This document shows positions 16,359 through 25,500 of a stretch of DNA of 28,068 bases, piece after piece. A program made the translations under genes and the position numbers. The DNA lies in IMG/VR virus record IMGVR_UViG_3300037195_000398, positions 1-28,068 of that record. One strand, 5' to 3'. The first letter of the stretch is position 1; each line of letters begins with the position of its first letter. The notes beneath the pieces were generated by a model. The model worked only from the letters and a program-made list of their open reading frames with translations. It had not been told where the DNA came from and did not search any database. Source of the stretch: a virus. Its lineage: Duplodnaviria > Caudoviricetes.

Positions 16359-16650
16359 TAGCACACCGTATAATACACCGTTAGATTTCCTCAAAGTGGA
16401 AGCATTGCGTAAGCACATGCTACTCACCACGACACACATGGCTAAAATCTTAAAGGTATCGCGTGTGACTTACGGTGGGTGGGTCAAGGGAAAGGCTATT
16501 CGCAAAGGCAATGCCGCCAAGGTGAAAGTGATACTCCGTAAGCTTATGGAGGTGATGGTGGCTCAAGAATGGCCGTCACCAGAGATTATTGCTATGTCTT
16601 CTGCCCAAAGATTTAACTCGCTTGTTGAACTAATGGGAGAAGACGAGTAG
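16351..16650 (+). CDS. XRE/Cro-like helix-turn-helix protein
   Basis: LRKHMLLTTTHMAKILKVSRVTYGGWVKG HTH pattern; GGAGG RBS. Confidence 0.78.
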   Translation: MPNSTPYNTPLDFLKVEALRKHMLLTTTHMAKILKVSRVTYGGWVKGKAIRKGNAAKVKVILRKLMEVMVAQEWPSPEIIAMSSAQRFNSLVELMGEDE

Positions 16651-16659
16651 CATACTCAG

Positions 16660-16682
16660 ACGGGGGGCTTCGGCCCCCCGTT
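16660..16682 (+). terminator. GC-rich cUUCGg hairpin upstream of the primase gene
   Basis: acggggggc-ttcg-gccccccgt; only a short U tract, so possibly partial termination or a stability element. Confidence 0.55.
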
Positions 16683-16713
16683 CCAACCAACTGGGCTTAT
16701 AGGTAAAATTGTC

Positions 16714-19578
16714 ATGGAAACGCTTACGTTCTTTAAGCGTGTTCTCCCAACTGAAGGTTTTTATGCAGCAATAATAATAAATAAAGGGGAAGCCCCTCAA
16801 CAAGCCTTCTTCTCTACAGTGGAAGAACTCGCAGCTTACTGCCAATTAAGTGATAAGAATAATAACAATACATTCTACGCAGTATCTTCTTTTAATAGTA
16901 GGGGAAACAGGAAGCAAGACAACGTACACAGCACTAAGTCTTTCTTTCTCGATATAGACTGCGCTGAAGACAAGTCATACAAAAATCAACGGGACGGTCT
17001 AGCCGCACTACTCGAGTTTCTCGTGGCTACTAGGTTACCAAAACCGATGATTGTTTCATCAGGTAGAGGGCTTCATATCTACTGGGTTCTAGACGAAGCT
17101 CTCTCCCCTATAGAGTGGAAACCTATAGCGGAGGCTCTTAAAGCATCTTGCGCAAAGCATGGTCTCGACGCTGACCCTGCTGTAACGTCAGATGGTGCGC
17201 GGGTGCTGCGTCCCACAGGGACACATAATCCGAAGAATGATAAAGAAGTATATGTATTATCCGAATCACTAGTAGTGACACGACGGGAATTTGAGAACAA
17301 GTTACTAAGTGTTAAGCTGAGAGAATCTAATCATGTGCATGTGAACACTGGCCTGTCAGCCAGTATGATAACAGAGAGCGACTACCCCCCGGCTACACCC
17401 GAACTAATCTTAGATGGATGCCAGCAACTCAGATGGTGCTTTGACCATCAAAGGGATGTCTCTGAACCTTTATGGTATAATGTTGTAGGTATAGCTGCGC
17501 ACTGCGCAAACCCTGAGCAGACAGCTAGACTATGGAGTATGCAACACCCTGATTACAGCGAAGCCGCTACGCTGAACAAGATGCAGCATTGGTTAGCTAG
17601 CACTACAGGGCCAACTACCTGTACTAAAATAGAAGCTGACCGGCCCAAGGGATGTACTAAGTGTATACACAAGGGAAACATAACCAGTCCTGCGCAGTTA
17701 GGTGTGGTGTACGCTGAAGTAGCTATTAGCTCTGATGCCCCAGATGAAGTAGCTAAAGATGTTGAAGTACCGTGGCCCTACAAACGGGTAGAGAAGAAGG
17801 GCGAACGAGTTATGATACAAACGGTGGACGGGGTAGCTGTTGATGTATGCCCCTTCGAGATATACCCACTAGGTTACGGCAGGGATGAGTCTCTAGGTTT
17901 TGAGACTGTACGTTTTAAGTGGCGGCGTAAGCATGTTGGCTGGTCAGACCTAGTGTTCAGGCAAGCGTTCCTCAATGATGAGAGCCGCGAGTTTGCTACT
18001 ACCATCGCTGACCAAGGTATAGTGCTTAGAGGCAAGAAACAAACACAAGGATTTCAGTGGATGCTAAGAGCTTATATGGATGAACTCCGTAAGACTAAGA
18101 CAATGACCAACATTTACGGAGCGATGGGGTGGAAGGAAGACTTCACTCAGTTCGTTATAGGAGATAAATTATATAAGAGGGAGGCAGATGGCGTAGTAAT
18201 AGTCGATGATATATCCCTCACCTCTAACACCAGTAAGCTAAGTAACAGGCTATATTCCCATAAAGGCACCGCTGAAGTCTGGACAGACGCCACAGAACTG
18301 CTCCAGAAGGCCAACTTGCCCGCCCACATGTTTGCCCTAGGCCATGCCTTTAGTGCGCCTCTGTGGGCCTTGACGGGCCTTAAAGGCATCACTGTGTCTC
18401 TATGCGGGAATACCGGAGCCGGTAAATCGCTCATCCAGCTATGGATGCAATCCGTATGGGGTAATCCAGATAAGCTGCACATCGCAGCCAAGTTTACACA
18501 GAACGCCCTGTTCCACAGGCTCGGCACCTATTGCCACCTACCTCTAACGATTGATGAAGCAGGTATGATGGACGATAAATATATTGGTGAGTTCTGCTAC
18601 ATGGTCACGCAGGGTGAAGACAAGAAACGGTTAACCCGCTCTATTGAGGAACGTGATTCTAAGGAGTGGGCTACCTGTGTAGTAGTATCTACCAATACAT
18701 CATTCATATCTAAGTTGGCAGCGACAGGACTAGAAACTGACGCACAGATGGCTAGATTACTCGAAGTTGATATGCCTATGCACAAGATGTTTAATAATAG
18801 TAGCAGCGCAGGGCGTGTCGTTCATAAATTTCTCGGGGAGAACTACGGCGTAATAGGACATGAACTCGTTAAGGCATATCTCAGAAAAGGAGAGCCACGC
18901 TTACGAGAACTTATTACAGAAAGCATGGATACGTTTGGTAAAAACTACAGCTGCGAGTTCTCAGGGTCTGAACGGTTTTGGGAAGCAGACTTGGTTCTCC
19001 TCGATGTCTCTTCTAACATCGCTCGGAAAGAAGGGTTGATAAAGTATGAGTATGAACGTGGTGTTCAATGGGGCGTAGACCAACTAGATGCACTACGTAA
19101 CAGCGTAAAAGATAACACCACGGATGGGTTTAAGCTTATTCACGAGTACATTAACGAGGTAGCACATGAAGTTCTGGTAGTCATGCACACGGATGGGATG
19201 TCCTCGACGATGGATCAGACGCGCATCCCCCGTAGTCAGATTAAGATACGTTTTGATAAATACCGCCCTAATACTACCGCAGCTTTTGATCGTGGCACAG
19301 TGATGCTAGTGCTTAAGGCATTTAAGCGGTGGGTATCTTCCAAGGGATACGACTACAATACGTTGAAAAGAGAAGTACAGGCTGTTAACGCAGACGCTAC
19401 ACCTTCTAGCGGGCGTTGTTGGTTGAGTCGTAATACCTCACTGGATGCAGGGCAGCAGAGTGTATTCGGTATAAACCTTAACAACGATATGATGCGAGGC
19501 TATCTAGATGATATCCCATTAACCCCTCAAGATATAACGCTGAATCAGATAACTGAAGTACCGTCAACGGAGGGGTAA
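16714..19578 (+). CDS. Primase-helicase: AEP/RepB-like primase, Cys cluster, DUF927 and P-loop NTPase
   Basis: FLDID, SSGRGLHIYW, RVLRPTGTHNPK; C....GC..C.H; MGW....QFVIG; Walker A GNTGAGKS, Walker B LTIDE. Confidence 0.88.
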   Translation: METLTFFKRVLPTEGFYAAIIINKGEAPQQAFFSTVEELAAYCQLSDKNNNNTFYAVSSFNSRGNRKQDNVHSTKSFFLDIDCAEDKSYKNQRDGLAALLEFLVATRLPKPMIVSSGRGLHIYWVLDEALSPIEWKPIAEALKASCAKHGLDADPAVTSDGARVLRPTGTHNPKNDKEVYVLSESLVVTRREFENKLLSVKLRESNHVHVNTGLSASMITESDYPPATPELILDGCQQLRWCFDHQRDVSEPLWYNVVGIAAHCANPEQTARLWSMQHPDYSEAATLNKMQHWLASTTGPTTCTKIEADRPKGCTKCIHKGNITSPAQLGVVYAEVAISSDAPDEVAKDVEVPWPYKRVEKKGERVMIQTVDGVAVDVCPFEIYPLGYGRDESLGFETVRFKWRRKHVGWSDLVFRQAFLNDESREFATTIADQGIVLRGKKQTQGFQWMLRAYMDELRKTKTMTNIYGAMGWKEDFTQFVIGDKLYKREADGVVIVDDISLTSNTSKLSNRLYSHKGTAEVWTDATELLQKANLPAHMFALGHAFSAPLWALTGLKGITVSLCGNTGAGKSLIQLWMQSVWGNPDKLHIAAKFTQNALFHRLGTYCHLPLTIDEAGMMDDKYIGEFCYMVTQGEDKKRLTRSIEERDSKEWATCVVVSTNTSFISKLAATGLETDAQMARLLEVDMPMHKMFNNSSSAGRVVHKFLGENYGVIGHELVKAYLRKGEPRLRELITESMDTFGKNYSCEFSGSERFWEADLVLLDVSSNIARKEGLIKYEYERGVQWGVDQLDALRNSVKDNTTDGFKLIHEYINEVAHEVLVVMHTDGMSSTMDQTRIPRSQIKIRFDKYRPNTTAAFDRGTVMLVLKAFKRWVSSKGYDYNTLKREVQAVNADATPSSGRCWLSRNTSLDAGQQSVFGINLNNDMMRGYLDDIPLTPQDITLNQITEVPSTEG

Positions 19579-22500
19579 CCCGTATATTTTCATTAACTCC
19601 TTCTGGAGTGGCCTGGTAGACCTAGGCAACGATTTAAGTTGACGTTGCGAAGTAGTACGTTTAGCTGCACTAATAGCCTTACTCAACGACAAGGGGTAAT
19701 TGGGAATGAAGAACTCTGTGCCTCTAGCGTTTTTATTCCATTCACGCACACTCTTTTTGTTCGCGATAACTCCAGTCGTATCACCACGCGCCGCTGCTAT
19801 AAGTCCAGCGTTAATAAACGTAGCCTTAATCTCCCTAGTATATTCCCTAGCTGACTGCGATAGTCTTGTTACATCATTGTGACGGGTGGCAATACCTGGG
19901 TAAAAACCCAGCATACGGAATACAACATCTGAGATACCTACTTCCTTAGATACTAACTGCCCCCGAGCGTTAGTGATGGACCCATTGCTAAGATATACGA
20001 ACCCATCAGTTAATCCCTTGATACCAGCAGAGCCGAAGCCCTGTCGCGCAATGTCCGTGAATGTAGTTGTGTCGGCGCGGAGGCCCACGGTCTCTGCAAG
20101 ATATTTTGCAGTGAGTGCAGTTGAGCTGATAATACCTGAATAAGCAGACGCAACAGGGCCAGCTATGTTCTTAAGTTCGCGGCCCGCATCTGAGCCAGCT
20201 TTGAACATACCGGACCCCGGGATGAGATCGCCGTGACCGAAGCGGGTAGATCCTGTGGTGCCAAAGATATAATCAAATACACCACGCATCGCTATTCTAC
20301 CTGCCATACCGGGGTATAGATTGTCAAAGAACTGCGCAACAACTATCTCTGCGTCGTTTGCCTTAAGTCCGAACTTCTGCTTAAGGGTGTCGATGAGATC
20401 AAATAAATCATCAGCGAAGGGTAGTCCCTTAATACCAGACATAAAGATCAGCATACCTAGAAAGAATAACTTCTCTTTATGTGCGAGGTTCGCCATCAAT
20501 TCAATGGTAATAACAACGAAAAGTTTATAGGTGAATAATACTTTACCAATACCGCTTCTTGCCCATGCTGGACGGTTGTATGCAGCGTACTCACCTTGTG
20601 AGGTGTTCACCATCGTGACTGCATGGCTGGCTAGCCGAATAGAACCAAGAGATTTCGAGTCATGAAAATCTTCTTCTACGAACTTTCCACTGGCTATCAT
20701 ACGTTTCTTCTCAAGACGGTAAGCAGCTATAGCTGTTACACGACGATTGTACTGCTCTGACTTGGAGAATACCGTCATACCCCAAGCGATGGCCTTAGAT
20801 TTATTATTGCTATGTCGCCCAGCACGGGAGGTGCCGACTAGCATGTTCGTCATGTTAGGTGTTAGTACACCACTAAGCGTTTCGTTTAAAAGGAACTGTG
20901 CTTCATCAGCTCCCTCCATACCATGTTGAGCCCACGTCCCATCTGTAACTATCTTCTGTAGGGGGGCGACATTACCCAGCCCTATCTTAGCCATATTCCT
21001 ACCTGCTTTAGCTAAAGCAACGTAAGAGGGCCCAAGTCCGTACCCACCGCCATAACCCGTCTTCGGGTTGTAGGTAGCGAGCATAGGTCCAGCGTGTGTA
21101 ATAATGGAAGTCAAGTTGACCATACCGGGTGCGAGCGCTAACCCTAGCTGAACAAGGGCTGTCCACTCCATCATGGGGCCCGCTATCTTATCTATCCTAG
21201 AGTCCAGACCAACCATAGTATCGGGGTTCTGGTTACGGAAAGCTAGAACATCTGCTGCTACATCTTTATACCGGTTCCCTTTGCCCAACCCCTTAACGGT
21301 TTTGAACGTCCCGTCTCTCTGCTTGACCTGAAACCCATCAGAACCGGATGAATGCAGCATCTGATGTTGGTACTCAGCAAGGGCTTTTTTTGCCATGAAT
21401 ATCTTGTGCTCATTGCCGGACTTTTCAGCTATCTCGAGTAGCTCTACTAATTTATTTAAATTATCCTGATCGCCAAACCATAGACTATCCGTCCGGTCAG
21501 CCATGATCTCAGCGATGCGGTGGTTATGCCTGTTCTTACCTGCGATATGCGCCTGTCTCTCAAGATGTTCTGCAGTGCTACGCACCATATCGGGATCCCA
21601 ACCGGGCGTCCCACTACGCATTAGATTACTACGTGCTGAACTATGACTAGATGCTAGCGTTTGCACTAGGCGTTTGCGTTCTTGTGGAGAGATGTTGATA
21701 TTTACTCGTAATAGTGTCTGAATAAATTCATCATAGTTTATAGTATCTAGGAGCGGGGCTCTAGTTGCTGCTTCTTCAATTGTTGCGTATAGTTCTACTT
21801 CTTTAAGAACGCCATTTGTGTCTGCCATTTTAACTGGCGTATTGAACTTAAGCTCTTCATTTAATTTTTTAACAGTATCCTTAGCTGCACCTTCAGAATC
21901 TGTACGAATGTAGGTGAGATTGTTATCAAGTAAAGCAGCTAACTTAATTGGGGGTCCACGCTCAGCCGATTTGACACCGTGTTCATCTCTCATTACCTCA
22001 CGTACTCTGACGGATATTTGGAGTTTACCACGACGTCCGAAGTGAACGTACGCTGCCATTATAGAACGCTTAGCGTAGAACTCAGCATTAGTGGCTTGCC
22101 CACTTAGTGTATGAAGTTGTGCTAGGATACCCCATATCTTACTCGCGCTCTCCTCGGATATATTACGGTTATGTAATTGAGTTAGCTTGCTTATGATTGG
22201 TTTTATGCGCGCGTCATTACGTAACATCTCAGAGCCTTCCGGTAGCCCTGTATTCTGGTTGATGTTATTAGGGTTCCCGTTCACCCAGTCACTAAGCTTA
22301 AGCTTTTCATGAAGCGCTCGCGTTACTTCACGCAGAAACAGCTCTGCGTATACTTGGTTTTCCTGAACCCAGGTAAGTCCCGCACCGCTTAATTTAGCAC
22401 CCTCGTTATAGAGAGCGGCGTATATATCAGCTATATCCCTAAGAGTATCAATGTCGCCATCTTCTGGTTTTAGATTAGGATTGCTAGTACCTAGAAGCTC

Positions 22501-25500
22501 TAACTCCCTATCCTTCTGCGCTTGAGTTCCTTCAATTTTAGTTATCATAGTAGTGATAGCAGCAGCATCTACGGCATTGCGCAGTTCATTATGTATGCGC
22601 CACACGTTCTCAGGAATTTTGCCATTAACTAGGAAGTCGGGTTTATACTGGGTAACAACTGGATTACCATTCTTATCTACCTGTAACTCACCAGTATCAG
22701 TATCTATTAGCGGGAGATTTATCTTACCGGCTTCAATATCTTCGCGTAACTTAGTGTTAGTGATTGCGTCAAAAAAATCATAATCGCCCAGTTTTATATC
22801 CTGCGCGAAAGCCTTAGCTTTAATGATACCGCCGTTAATATTCTCGCTGCTTTTAGGTAGTGCTGGGTCGAATACTCGCTCATCAGGTATAATCATACCA
22901 TTAACATCGGTGCGTATTAGAGACTGCGCCTTGTCTATAGCTTCTTCACCAGCCTTAGCCGCTTTATTGAGGGCGTTTATGCCAGCGAGCTCACTAGCTT
23001 GTTTAATCTCTAGTGGCGACGGCCCCTTACCTAACCCAAACAAATTAGCAGTGAATGAGTACCTCATCTTCTCGTCAGTAATACTGAGGAAGCGGCGGAT
23101 ATCCTCAGACTCTTCACGCAGTATGGTAGCGATGGCGCGTACCCCGGGGCTACGATTAGCTATGTTACTGAGAGACTGAACCTGCTCTAAACCGAGACCT
23201 ACGAGCTTACTGATTGCCGTCCTGTTTGCTTCAAGCCCTTCCCGTGTCCTAATCCGCCTAACCGCATTGTCCAACCGCTCAAATGTGCCATTTATAGAGG
23301 GCATCCATGTAGTATTCCTCGTGACATAACTACCACCTAGCGCATGGGCAGCAGAGCCCCGACCTTCTATATGGCGTTCCTCAAGGGTCTTAAAGTTAGC
23401 GTATACTCCTACCGCAGATACGTCACTGGTGGACCCTGTACGCACGTAACGGCGCGAGTGATGAATGAAGTAGCGGGTCATATCATCAGTGTGGTCAAGA
23501 CGTAACCGCCTGAAGAAAGTCCTGATAGCCTCTACTATGCGAGCTAGGATGGAGGAATCTAGTACGCCAGCTAGATCAGCCAGTGCCTCCTCAGTAGCTT
23601 CCCGTTTACTCATCCCATGCAGATCAATTAAGATATCAGCGTCAGCCCTGACCATAGCATCCGTCTTATAGATATCATCCATAAGCCTATTGAACTTAGG
23701 TGTTTGCATGAGTGACCCTAGCCCGAAGTGACCAATAATCTCATGACTTAGGACGAAGGCAAGGTGGTGCCTGTGCTTAATATTTTCGCTGAATATGAGA
23801 ACTGTATTACCAAAGGAGTAACCCGACGCATTGCTGGGGATAAGCTGTCCATCCGTGCGGGACTTATTAGCCTCAGCTAATAGTTTAGGGTCTCTGCGTT
23901 CAAGGTCTGCTAGGTTAGAATAGTACTTAACCTCTGGTAGTATGTGCCTATTAAACTTCTTAAGGATACGGGAGCCTTGTGTTCGTACACTACCTAGCGA
24001 CATAGGCTTCGTAATAACGGGACCGTCATAACGCGACGATTTACCTTCTCTAGGCGGTGCATCAGCATCCTTAAGTTGGTCAGTAGTAGTAGGCGTAGCA
24101 TCTTGGGGGCGATCAAGAACTACACGGCCCGGATGACCTTCTAATGGTTTCCACTTTATCTTGCCCTTCTTACTAAACCATTGAGACAGAGGGACATTCT
24201 TAAACTGGAACGCCTTTTCTTCTTTTGTCATACCCTTAAATTGGAGTTCTGCAATGAGTGATTCTCTAGCTGCTGTTTCTTCTAGATAACCAACTCCCTC
24301 AATACTAGTAGACGCCTCAATGTCTCCTAAGATTGCAGTAACTTCAAGTGCAGCAGGGGTAGCTGACACATCATCAACCGCAGTGATTAAATTATCTCTA
24401 GCTACATCAGCGTCATTAGTGACACCCTTAATTAACTTAGCAATTTCTGGATTTTTATCGGCACCTGTGGGGGCAGTCTTAGCTACCTTGTGAGCTTGCG
24501 GGATAAGGCCGCGCTTAAGTGCGAAGGCAGCCCACGGAGTAACTTTACCCTTAAGAGTCACATATGTAGGATTAGACTCCCCATGCACTAAACTAAGAAA
24601 CGCTTCAATAGATGCGTCGTATGGCTCTCCGGGGGTCCACAATAAATCAGCGCCGTAAGCTAAATCAATAGCAGCTTGAGCGTGCTTGTCAGTATTACCG
24701 TCGAAAAAGGCCATAATGAGTATGCCTTCCGCAGCAGTCCTAAACTCTTCAATACTCTTAGTAGTTTCAAGAGTTTCTACAAATAAGTCTCGCGCTTTAG
24801 GGCGTGTCAACGTATCTATAATATCATCAGCAGACCTACCTTCCGCGATAAGGGTGGTTGCTTTTTTACTAACAGGCTCGCTTACACTAACGGGTTGTTG
24901 TTCTTCCCGCTTAACTGGTTGCGGCTTAGCTTGTTTAGGGGGTGGAGTTTTTTCCTCTCTGTCTTTGGTTTTAATCCCCTTGTCCTTAAGTTCTTGTACT
25001 TTACTTTTTGTTTCACGCGACTTGGTAGACTTAGCTGGTTGGGTGCCTCCTGTTGTAAGCGTAGGAGTACTTCCGGTTTGTTTTTTTCCAGAAACTTTTT
25101 CTGCGCCTGACTTCTTAGGCCCAGCTTTTGTTTTTGCCTCCTCTGTTTGGGCATCTTTTTTCTCCTGCGAAATTGTTAATCCCGCAATAAACTGCTTAAA
25201 CGGAGTAAATATTTTATGGTCACTAGTTACGCCGGGTTCAGCAATATCTCCTCTAATAGTTAGTGTAGGAGGTATAGTAGTTTCCTGCTCAATAGATAAC
25301 CCAGCTTTTCTAGCTGCAGTAATTATATTAGCTTCTTGAGTCTTAGTAAGTTTACTAAGTATAAAACTAATATACGGGGTTGATGCAAACTGCAAACCTA
25401 AGTGGTCAGCCGCCATAGCTGAATGAGAAAACACACTGGGGAACCCCATATCAACAAGCGCAGCAATAAGAGGAGCAAAACTAGCATCTATGTCCTTAAT

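Noticed and set aside
24686-25339. 217-aa + strand ORF and other antisense ORFs within 19639-26521
   Set aside because: Shadows of the giant minus-strand gene, with no RBS or recognisable motifs.
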